A DNA stretch of 30,433 nt, from contig JAZGFI010000279.1 in assembly GCA_036479435.1 (NCBI GenBank), positions 1 through 30,433 of the forward strand. Reading direction: 5' to 3'. Both the position numbers and the translations under genes were made by a program. This stretch comes from Planctomycetota bacterium. GTDB taxonomy: Bacteria; Planctomycetota; GCA-002687715; DRQF01. Position 1 is the first letter of the stretch; each line of letters begins with the position of its first letter. Positions 1 to 7,622 of the stretch are shown here, piece by piece. The notes below the pieces were generated by a model, which did not search any database, had not been told where the DNA came from, and worked only from the letters and a program-made list of their open reading frames with translations.

Positions 1-59
1 AACAAGACTCGCAATTCGAAGGCGCTATTCTCCGCATCAAACCTACGCCCCGCCTCTAA
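1..59 (+). CDS. Possible 3' end of a gene entering from the left (…QDSQFEGAILRIKPTPRL*)
   Basis: Frame 3 is open from the window edge to TAA at 57-59. Too short to assign a function. Confidence 0.25.
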   Translation, partial: QDSQFEGAILRIKPTPRL

Positions 60-215
60 ACCACCTTTGAGGCTCGTTGGCCTTGCCTGAAGGGATGGCG
101 AGAACCAGCAGATGCGGAATCGCTGGATCCGTGCACCTTCATCTTGACGCTAGAGGCAAGCAGGTTTAGGGTCGTCGCTACATTGCAGGCAGACTGAACC
201 ATTCGAGGTAAGACC

Positions 216-803
216 ATGAGCCGACGTTGCACAGTATTGGCTGCGTTTGTCGTCCAACTCCAACTCCTATTCCTGTGCGGCATCATGCATGGCCAAATTT
301 TCAACCTTGCCGCTGCTCCGGAAAACACGCAAGCGCTTGTCATTACAGGCACGCCAGCGAGTGGCAGTGTTTTGACAGCAAGCGTCATGGCACCTCCGGG
401 TTCTGCCGTCAGCTTCTTGTTCGCAACAGCCACAGCCGATTTCCTCATCGCCGGCGTTCGCGTTCAGATCTTGCCTGCATCGGTATTCCTGATAATTACG
501 GTTGGAGTAGATTCTACCGGGATAGCAGTGATTTCGGGTCCCCTTGCTGCGGCCGCTCCCGGAACATTCATCGCCTGCCAAGCGTGCATTGTCGAGTCGG
601 ACGGTACTCTGCAGTTCACCAACCGTTCCGATTTGGTCATTGTCCTTGATGAAATGGGGCCGCTGTTTCCAGGCTCGGTGGCTGCGGCGGGCAACGATCC
701 TTTTTCGGTTGCGATCGCTGATCTCAACGGCGACGGCCTCCTCGATCTCGCCGTTGCCAACTTTTTCTCGGATAATGTATCGGTGCTGTTGAACCAGCAG
801 TAG
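216..803 (+). CDS. Secreted protein with a β-rich N-terminal domain and a single C-terminal FG-GAP/VCBS-like repeat
   Basis: Hydrophobic N-terminus; C-terminal 'PFSVAIADLNGDGLLDLAVANFFSDNVSVLLN' is a canonical FG-GAP/VCBS Ca-binding repeat. Confidence 0.7.
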   Translation: MSRRCTVLAAFVVQLQLLFLCGIMHGQIFNLAAAPENTQALVITGTPASGSVLTASVMAPPGSAVSFLFATATADFLIAGVRVQILPASVFLIITVGVDSTGIAVISGPLAAAAPGTFIACQACIVESDGTLQFTNRSDLVIVLDEMGPLFPGSVAAAGNDPFSVAIADLNGDGLLDLAVANFFSDNVSVLLNQQ

Positions 804-877
804 TAGGGGGTGTGGATCTCACGATTGAGGGGTTTCTTGCGCGTGTGCTTACAGGGGTGAAGTTCCAGCCCAAATAT

Positions 878-892
878 GCGGAGTCACTCCGC
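878..892. terminator. Small perfect hairpin GCGGAG-TCA-CTCCGC downstream of the 216-803 gene
   Basis: 6-bp GC-rich inverted repeat in the convergent intergenic region; no clear U-tract. Confidence 0.25.
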
Positions 893-931
893 TAATTCGC
901 CTTGGAATCGAAACGCGTCACTTTCGCTTAT

Positions 932-1042
932 CAACTCGACGAGATGGACAAGGAGTTGGAAAATCGAGGGCATCGCTTGGTGCGATACGTAGACGACGTA
1001 CAGATTTACGTAAATTCAAAGTCGGAGGGTGAGCGAGTGCTG
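932..1042 (+). pseudogene. Remnant of a group II intron reverse transcriptase/maturase (RT motif 5-6 only)
   Basis: Translation 'QLDEMDKELENRGHRLVRYVDDVQIYVNSKSEGERVL' matches the bacterial group II intron RT pattern LDELDKELERRGHRFVRYADDCNIYVRSxxAGERVM. The upstream PQGG motif and the downstream thumb domain are absent. Confidence 0.8.
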
Positions 1043-1054
1043 ACTGCCCAAAGG

Positions 1055-2074
1055 TCAACGTGGGCGCGGGGCTCGCGTACTGAGAAATTCAGCTGAGTAG
1101 TGCCGGGCCAAGGCCTCGCGTTTTGGACCCTCGCCCAACACCGATCCCGCGGTCGCGAGGGCGTCGGCCAAGGTCGCGTTGTTGGCGATGCAAGTCAGCT
1201 CTTGGTCGGTCACAAGGCCCTTGCCGTGGCCGGGATCGAGGATGTGTGACTGCCGTCTTGATGCTTGCAAAAGGTATTTGAAGGTCGCCCCCGATGTCGC
1301 GACGCCACAATGGCTCAAGTGCCGCGTCTCGCCTTGGTAGCCGAGTTGCACGCTCCATCCGGTCTTACCGGGCGGGGCGGCGCCAAGTCTCAGGTCGCCA
1401 CCGGCGTCGATCAAGTACTGGCGATAACCCATCGACTCCAAGACTTTTGCCGCTTCGTCCGCCGCATCGCCTTTGGCGATCCCGCCGAAATCAAAAGCGA
1501 GCCCCGGGCAATCGTGGCGGAGGGTCGAATCTTTGGGCGACCAAGTCAACTTCTCCCAACCAGTTTGGGCCCTGGCGGTCTCGATTTGGGCGGGGCTCAG
1601 CTCTTGTTGAAGAGTTCGTGCCCGCCGCCACTGCTGCGTTAAAGCTCCGAGAGTCGGGTCGAAGGCGCCACCGCTTTGGGCCGCGATCTTAAGGCTCACC
1701 TTGAGAATGCGACTCATGTCTTTGGAAACACGAACTGTCTGACTTTCGGCGGCCGTCGTGAGGCGTCGAGCTTCGCTGTTAGCGCGGTAGTCGCTGAAAA
1801 TACGCTCAAGCCTAGAGATGCGATCAAAGGCCGCGCGGGCAGCGGCCGCGGCCTTTGATTTCGAATTGGCGTAGAGAACGAGGCGAAACTTTACCCCCAT
1901 GAGCCCACGGCTATACTCATAGCGTGTCGGACTTGCGACTTTAGTCGAACTTACGACAGCTGCCGGATTCCTCCGGCAGCTTCCTCCCAACCCCGAGGTA
2001 AAAAGCGCAATGATTAGGGCAAGCAGGACACCAGGTTTCCGCGCTGACCGTTGTCGAGGACTCGTCCTCATCAT
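1055..2074 (-). CDS. apbE: FAD:protein FMN transferase (ApbE family) lipoprotein
   Basis: Motifs MGVKF, 'SGGAFDPTLGAL', 'FDFGGIAKGDAAD', 'IDAGGDL', 'VATSG', 'SHILDP', 'ADALATA'; lipobox-like LGGSC after a hydrophobic stretch. Start chosen at ATG 2074 (GAGGA 8 nt upstream); ATGs at 2089 and 2071 are alternatives. Confidence 0.9.
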   Translation of the reverse strand: MMRTSPRQRSARKPGVLLALIIALFTSGLGGSCRRNPAAVVSSTKVASPTRYEYSRGLMGVKFRLVLYANSKSKAAAAARAAFDRISRLERIFSDYRANSEARRLTTAAESQTVRVSKDMSRILKVSLKIAAQSGGAFDPTLGALTQQWRRARTLQQELSPAQIETARAQTGWEKLTWSPKDSTLRHDCPGLAFDFGGIAKGDAADEAAKVLESMGYRQYLIDAGGDLRLGAAPPGKTGWSVQLGYQGETRHLSHCGVATSGATFKYLLQASRRQSHILDPGHGKGLVTDQELTCIANNATLADALATAGSVLGEGPKREALARHYSAEFLSTRAPRPR

Positions 2075-2948
2075 TTTCGGATTCCTCATCGCTTGTGAGC
2101 CCGCCGAACGCGTCAAGCCCTTCCCGACGAAAAAGGCTGCGGCCAAGGTTAGTGAAGTCGCCATCGACTCGCCCCTAAAAGCGAGTCAACCACCCGCGGC
2201 GATCGTCGTTCCGAAACCATACCTTCAAGTGCTTCCCGGCACGAACGAGAAGATCTACATGGTGCCGGTGCCCGATGGAGCCGGCGGCGGCTTTTGGATG
2301 TCGGCCAAAGAGATTACATGGGATGTCTACGACCACTACATCTACGGCCTTGGCGCTGAACGCGACGTTGAACCGCCGCGTACCGGCGAAGAACCACCCG
2401 AAGGCGAACAAGACGCCATTAGCCGTCCGAGCAAACCCTACGTTCATCCCGATCGCGGCTTTGGCCACGATGGCTTCGCCGCCATCTCTTGCAGCGCTCT
2501 CAACGCGGAGTGTTTTTGTGTGTGGTTCAACGACAAGACGAAGCTCAAGTTTCGCTTGCCGGAAGAAGAAGAGTGGGAGCGGGCTTGTCTGGCCGGTGCC
2601 AAGGGCCCGTTTTACTTCGCCGATGCCAAAAAAATCGGCGACTACGCCTGGTTCACAAAAAACTCCAACGACAGCCCCCAAGCTGTGGGCTCGAAAATCC
2701 CCAACTCCCTTGGCCTGTATGACATGCACGGCAACGCCAGTGAGTGGGTCTACGGCCGGGATGGCGAATTTGTGCAAAAAGGGGGCTGCTTTTGGGACGA
2801 ACCCGAGTTGCTTCACGCCAGCGCGCGCACCGCGTACGATGAATCCTGGCAAATGACTGATCCTCAGCTGCCAAAAAGCCAGTGGTGGCTTTCGGATGCG
2901 CCCTTCGCCGGGCTTCGAATTGTTCGCGATTTCAAAGACGCCAAGTAA
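2010..2948 (+). CDS. FGE/SUMF1-fold (formylglycine-generating enzyme family) lipoprotein, probably non-catalytic
   Basis: 'FRLPEEEEWERACLAG', 'PNSLGLYDMHGNASEW', 'GLRIVR' are FGE-sulfatase fold motifs; lipobox FLIAC; lacks the catalytic CxxxxC of true FGE. Confidence 0.85.
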   Translation: MIRASRTPGFRADRCRGLVLIIFGFLIACEPAERVKPFPTKKAAAKVSEVAIDSPLKASQPPAAIVVPKPYLQVLPGTNEKIYMVPVPDGAGGGFWMSAKEITWDVYDHYIYGLGAERDVEPPRTGEEPPEGEQDAISRPSKPYVHPDRGFGHDGFAAISCSALNAECFCVWFNDKTKLKFRLPEEEEWERACLAGAKGPFYFADAKKIGDYAWFTKNSNDSPQAVGSKIPNSLGLYDMHGNASEWVYGRDGEFVQKGGCFWDEPELLHASARTAYDESWQMTDPQLPKSQWWLSDAPFAGLRIVRDFKDAK

Positions 2949-2958
2949 GGACCCCGTG

Positions 2959-4293
2959 ATGACCGAGACCGTGACCGACCCCAAAAACACCTCGACTGGA
3001 TTCAACCGGCGCCAATTCATGAAGAGTTCGGCCATCATGGCCCCGGCGGTTCTCGCTATCGGCCCTCGCGCCTTTGCGTCCGACGACAGCACTTTGAAGT
3101 TTGGCCTCATCGGTTGTGGTGGCCGCGGCACCGGCGCGGCTAACCAAGCTCTGCGGGCCGACAAAAACAACGTGCTCTGGGCGGTTGCCGATGCCTTTGA
3201 AGATCGTATCGGCGGGGCCATGGGTCTGCTCAGGGCCGAAGGCGAAAAACTCAAAGCCAAACACAACAGCAATCAGATTCAGGTGACACCGGAGCGCCAG
3301 TTCAGCGGTTTCGACGCCTATCAAAAGCTCATCGACTCCGGTGTCGATGTGGTGTTGTTGGCGACACCACCTTACTTCCGGCCCGAGCAGTTGCGCGCGG
3401 CGATTGATGCCGGCAAGCACGTCTTCAGCGAAAAACCCATGGCCGTTGACGGTCCAGGTGTGCGTTCGGTCATGGAATCCGCGAAAATTGCCAAAGAGAA
3501 AAACCTCAGCTTGGTGGCGGGGTTTTGCTGGCGTTTCAAAGAGAACGACCGGCAATTCGTTAAGCGGCTCCACGACGGGATCATCGGCGACATCCGCGCG
3601 GTCTACACTGACTACCTCACCGGCATCCTCAACACCCACCCTCGCAAAGAGGGTTGGACCGATATGGAATTCCAGTTGCGCAACTGGCAGCATTTCAATT
3701 GGCTGAGCGGCGACCACATCGCCGAGCAGGCCGTGCACAGTATCGACAAGATCAACTGGTTCATGAATGATGTCGCCCCTGTCAAAGCGATTTCCGTCGG
3801 GGGACGCCAATCCCGAGCAGATGTTCCTCGGACCGGTGACGTCTTCGACCACTTTGGTGTCATCTTTGAATACGCCGACGGGGCGCGTGGTTTTCACCTT
3901 GCCCGCCAAAGCGCTAACTGCTTTGGACGCAACACCGACTACATCATGGGCTCCAAGGGCATTGCCGATGTCAATAGTTGGGGACCCAAGCACGTGGTGA
4001 CTGGCGAGAACAACTGGACCGGTAAGCGCCGCCATATGAACGGCATGTACCAACAAGAACACGACGAGCTGTTTGCAGCGATCCGAAAGGGTGAGCCCAT
4101 CAACGACGGTGCCTGGATGGCCCAAAGCACCTTAATGGCGATCATGGCCCGGATGTCCGCTTACACCGGTAAGGATGTCAGCTTCGAAGCCGCTCTCAAT
4201 TCCAAAGAAGTGCTCGGGCCCAAAGTCGTCGCCCTTAACGGCGAAGCCCCCCGCATTGCCACCGCGATCCCCGGCCAAACGAAGTTCGCCTGA
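2959..4293 (+). CDS. Tat-exported Gfo/Idh/MocA family oxidoreductase
   Basis: Tat motif FNRRQFMK; Rossmann GLIGCGGRGTG; 'GKHVFSEKP'; RBS TAAGGA at 2946-2951. Confidence 0.9.
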   Translation: MTETVTDPKNTSTGFNRRQFMKSSAIMAPAVLAIGPRAFASDDSTLKFGLIGCGGRGTGAANQALRADKNNVLWAVADAFEDRIGGAMGLLRAEGEKLKAKHNSNQIQVTPERQFSGFDAYQKLIDSGVDVVLLATPPYFRPEQLRAAIDAGKHVFSEKPMAVDGPGVRSVMESAKIAKEKNLSLVAGFCWRFKENDRQFVKRLHDGIIGDIRAVYTDYLTGILNTHPRKEGWTDMEFQLRNWQHFNWLSGDHIAEQAVHSIDKINWFMNDVAPVKAISVGGRQSRADVPRTGDVFDHFGVIFEYADGARGFHLARQSANCFGRNTDYIMGSKGIADVNSWGPKHVVTGENNWTGKRRHMNGMYQQEHDELFAAIRKGEPINDGAWMAQSTLMAIMARMSAYTGKDVSFEAALNSKEVLGPKVVALNGEAPRIATAIPGQTKFA

Positions 4294-5213
4294 TGGACCG
4301 CCGCGATTTCGTCAAATCAAGTTCGTTGGCGGCAGCCGGTGTGCTTGGAACTCCAATCCTAAGCTCCAAGCTTGGCGAACAATCCACGAAACCGACGAGC
4401 GCCCCGTCTCAAGAACTCAAGATCAAGATGGCGGTCAAGTTCGGGATGGTGCAGGGACCCAAAACCGTCCTCGCCCGCTTTGAGCTGCTCAAAAAGTTGG
4501 GATTCGACGGCGTCGAAGTGGGGCGGCCCGCCAAGACGCCGCTTAAAGAACTGATCGCCGCGAGCACCGCCACCGGCTTGCCCATTCACGGCGTGGTGGA
4601 CTCCGACCATTGGAACAACCGATTCTCCGACCCGCGTCCCGAGATTCGAAAAAAGGCCGTCGCGGCCCTAGAAGGCGCCATCCGTGACGCCAAGACCCTC
4701 GGTGCCTCCTCCGTCTTGGTGGTTCCCGGCGTGGTGGACCAATCGGTTCGCTACGACGAGTGCTACCAGCGCTCGCAAACCGAGATACGAAAAGTCCTTC
4801 CCCTCGCCACTGAACTGAACATCAAGATCGCCTTCGAAAACGTCTGGAACAACTTCCTCCTAAGTCCCCTCGAAGCCGCGCGCTATTGCGACGAATTCGA
4901 AAGCCCCTTAGTCGGTTTTTACTTCGACGTCGGCAACGTCATCCGCTACGGCTGGCCCGAGCACTGGATACACGCCCTCGGCCACCGCATCTTCAAACTC
5001 GACGTCAAAGAGTACAGCCGCAAAAAACAGTTCGACGAGGGCCCTTGGAAGGGCTTCAAAGTCAAGATCGGCGACGGCGATTGTAATTGGCCCGGCGTGC
5101 GCAAAGCGCTCAAGGCCATTGGCTATTCCGGCTGGGCCACCGCCGAAGTCGGTGGCAGCGGCGAAGAACGCCTGGCCGACATCAAGGCCCGCATGGACCG
5201 CGCCCTAGGCTAG
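4293..5213 (+). CDS. Tat-exported sugar phosphate isomerase/epimerase (xylose-isomerase-like TIM barrel)
   Basis: Tat motif MDRRDFVK; 'GFDGVE', 'IAFENVWNNFL', 'FDVGN', 'YSGWATAEV'; TGATG coupling to the upstream gene. Confidence 0.88.
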   Translation: MDRRDFVKSSSLAAAGVLGTPILSSKLGEQSTKPTSAPSQELKIKMAVKFGMVQGPKTVLARFELLKKLGFDGVEVGRPAKTPLKELIAASTATGLPIHGVVDSDHWNNRFSDPRPEIRKKAVAALEGAIRDAKTLGASSVLVVPGVVDQSVRYDECYQRSQTEIRKVLPLATELNIKIAFENVWNNFLLSPLEAARYCDEFESPLVGFYFDVGNVIRYGWPEHWIHALGHRIFKLDVKEYSRKKQFDEGPWKGFKVKIGDGDCNWPGVRKALKAIGYSGWATAEVGGSGEERLADIKARMDRALG

Positions 5214-5288
5214 GTTGATTCACATCCCATAGGCCGGTGGCCAATCGGCTGAGACCTGTCGTCGCCGTCCGAGAGAGCATGCGGCACA

Positions 5289-5579
5289 TCAGCGTTTTGA
5301 TTCAGAGTTCTTCATGCGTCCCCGCTTCATTTTGATACTTGCGAAGACGATGTCGCTATCGATCTCTTCGCCATTGTCGAGCTGTCGGGCCCCTTCTTCG
5401 ATCAGTTGTTGGGCGCGAGTAATGGCCCTTTGTCGGGTGCCCTCACGATCTTCCAGTAGACCTATGGCCTCACGCACGACGTCGCTCGTGGACTGATAGC
5501 GTCCGGTTTCGACACATCCTGTGAGGAAGGCAGCTTGTTCCGGAGTCAATGAAATACTGATTCGCTTGCGGCTGGTCAT
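5289..5579 (-). CDS. Type II antitoxin, ParD/CopG-Arc-MetJ ribbon-helix-helix family
   Basis: 'ISISLTPEQAAFL…VETGRYQSTSDVVREAIGLLEDRE…IEEG' is the ParD-like signature; RBS AAAGGGG upstream. Confidence 0.85.
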   Translation of the reverse strand: MTSRKRISISLTPEQAAFLTGCVETGRYQSTSDVVREAIGLLEDREGTRQRAITRAQQLIEEGARQLDNGEEIDSDIVFASIKMKRGRMKNSESKR

Positions 5580-5609
5580 CGAGGTCCCCTTTCTGGAATT
5601 TAGATCTGT

Positions 5610-5649
5610 ATGACAGTGTCGCGCAGCATGGTCGACGGATCAATGTCAT
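5610..5649 (-). promoter_or_regulatory. Putative antitoxin promoter with an inverted-repeat operator
   Basis: Minus strand TTGATC-N17-GACACT (-35/-10), flanked by the 9-bp inverted repeat ATGACAGTG (5610-5618) / CAATGTCAT (5641-5649), one mismatch. Confidence 0.45.
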
Positions 5650-5689
5650 CTTGCTCTTGGCTGAGGCCAACCGCCTGGCGGCAGCGGGA

Positions 5690-6703
5690 CTAACCCCTCA
5701 GGGCTTCGCGCTCTCGCTTCAGGAGGTCGGCGACGGCGATGGCGTCGTCGAGGTTGAGGCGGGCGGGGCAGCGGTTTTCTAAGACGTCGATGAAGTGGCG
5801 CACTTCGCCGTCGTAGCCGCTGATGGATTCGAGTTTGACGGGGCTGGAGGCGTCCCCTTCGATTAGGAGCAGTGGGTCTTGGCGGCTCAGGTCATAGTCG
5901 GCGGTGGCGCGCTCGAAGTTGACGAGGTAGCGCATGCGAAAGGGCGTGCCAGGCTGTTGGTCCCAGGCGCCTTCGGCGATGACGTGGGAGGGGCCTTTTG
6001 AGTAGCGGTAGAAGGTCGTGATGTGCAATAAGTCCCCGGCGGATTCGACGGCGTCGGGCTCGCCGAAGAGATGCCGAACGAAGTCGGCGTCGTGGATGTG
6101 AAGGTCGCTTAGGGCTCCGCCGCTTTTTTTGAAGTCCTCGTAGAAACCCTTGGACCAGGTGGGGAGGCTGCCGAGGCGTTGGAAGGTGGCGCTGCGGACG
6201 GCTCCGTAGCGATTGGATTCGACGGCGTCTTTGAGCCAATCCCAACCGGGCCAAAATCGCATGCACATGGCGGGCATGCAGTGGACTCGGTGAGCCTTGG
6301 CCGATTCGGCGAGTCGTCGGATGCGGGCGGAATCTATGTCGACAGGTTTTTCGACCAAGACGTGCTTGCCCGCTTCCATCGCGGAAAGCGTCAGGGCGAC
6401 GTGGGTTGGCGTGGGCGTGCAGAGACTGACGATGTCAACTTGCTCATCGGCGAAGAGTTGGGCTGCGGTTTCGAAGCCACGGACCTGCGCCGGGTCAAAC
6501 ATTCGAGTTGCGGTGGTGTCGCCGAGGTCCAGATTGCCTTGGGCGGGAGGGATGCCCTGGCGGCGGTCTTCGTTGCGATCGGCAACGGCTACCAGTCGAA
6601 CGGGATAACCGGCCGCTTGGGCTGCATTCCAGGCTTCAATATGGGTACGCCCCATGAAGCCGATGCCCACGACGCCAACTCCCCAGATCTTTTGAGAACT
6701 CAA
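5690..6703 (-). CDS. Cytoplasmic Gfo/Idh/MocA family oxidoreductase
   Basis: GVVGIGFMGRTH, 'GKHVLVEKP', 'SGGALSDLHIHDAD'; no signal peptide. Confidence 0.9.
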   Translation of the reverse strand: MSSQKIWGVGVVGIGFMGRTHIEAWNAAQAAGYPVRLVAVADRNEDRRQGIPPAQGNLDLGDTTATRMFDPAQVRGFETAAQLFADEQVDIVSLCTPTPTHVALTLSAMEAGKHVLVEKPVDIDSARIRRLAESAKAHRVHCMPAMCMRFWPGWDWLKDAVESNRYGAVRSATFQRLGSLPTWSKGFYEDFKKSGGALSDLHIHDADFVRHLFGEPDAVESAGDLLHITTFYRYSKGPSHVIAEGAWDQQPGTPFRMRYLVNFERATADYDLSRQDPLLLIEGDASSPVKLESISGYDGEVRHFIDVLENRCPARLNLDDAIAVADLLKREREALRG

Positions 6704-7533
6704 TTCTCAATCCTTGTCACCTCGGCTGCGACCAGGCTGCGCGCGCTCTTGATGTCGAGGCTGCGTTGGTCTCCGGATTCACGTTCGATGATCAGATCGC
6801 ACATGAGCTTGCGGTCGCGAAGGAGGTTGAAGAATCTGGCCCACACCACGGCACCTGTTCCGGCGCAGACTTCTTGCCCCCACTGACCGCTTTCGTCGGT
6901 GTAGAGCGCATCTTTGATGTGGATCTGGCGCACCCGCGGGGCCAGTTTTTCGAGGGCGACAAGGGGATCACCCATGCCGTAGAGAATCATGTTGGCAGGG
7001 TCGAAGTTGATGCCCACGGTGGCGCGGTTCAGTTCGGCCAGCACCCCGACTAAAGTCGAGGCGGTTTCTTGCCCTGTTTCCAAACCGACAGCGACGTCGT
7101 ACTTGGCGAATAAGTCAACGATGGTTTGGATGCGCTCGATCATGGTGCGGCGCAAAGGCGACTTTGGGTCGTGCGGGATGAAGCCGGCGTGGAAAGTCAC
7201 CAGCTTGAGGTCGAGTTTGTGCGCGTGCACGGCGGTCTTTTTGGCGCGGTCGAGGTTTTCGAGCCAATGCTCTTCCGGCCGGAGGCCACCGCTGCGGGCA
7301 ATGGATTCAAGACTTGTGTAGTCCTCGCCCTTAGTCTCCATCATGCCGGACACGATCGTAAGGCCCGCATCATCAAGGGCTCGACGCGTTTCCTCCGGCG
7401 ACCAATCGCCGTCGACGAGCGGGTTGAGGGCCAACTGCACGAACTTGATGTCGCAAGCCTTGAGCTCGCGCGCGAGTTCAACGGGTGATTCGGGTCGAAA
7501 AGACCAAGAACAGGCACCGAGTCGTCGCTGCAC
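6700..7533 (-). CDS. Sugar phosphate isomerase/epimerase (TIM barrel)
   Basis: 'VTFHAGF', 'LETGQET', 'INFDPANMILYG', 'QIHIKDA', 'LIIERE'; GTG start with GGGAG RBS; 4-nt overlap with the next gene. Confidence 0.88.
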   Translation of the reverse strand: MQRRLGACSWSFRPESPVELARELKACDIKFVQLALNPLVDGDWSPEETRRALDDAGLTIVSGMMETKGEDYTSLESIARSGGLRPEEHWLENLDRAKKTAVHAHKLDLKLVTFHAGFIPHDPKSPLRRTMIERIQTIVDLFAKYDVAVGLETGQETASTLVGVLAELNRATVGINFDPANMILYGMGDPLVALEKLAPRVRQIHIKDALYTDESGQWGQEVCAGTGAVVWARFFNLLRDRKLMCDLIIERESGDQRSLDIKSARSLVAAEVTRIEN

Positions 7534-7622
7534 GCATGCGCTCCCAATAAAACGAGAAGGACCAGGGGCCGGAAGCCAAAACCTCCGGATTAAGGGGCCA
7601 AGGGCTCAAGCCCCAGCTGGCG

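Noticed and set aside
902..1096. Functional RT gene, retron or diversity-generating retroelement
   Set aside because: Only one RT motif block is present; no msr/msd, TR/VR pair or accessory gene is visible; the 3' part of the ORF is just antisense to apbE.
2175..4125. Long antisense ORFs (2175-3272, 2932-4125; likewise 6179-6886, 16437-17330, 21835-22800, 28689-29501)
   Set aside because: These are shadow frames of well-supported genes in GC-rich DNA, with no recognisable motifs.
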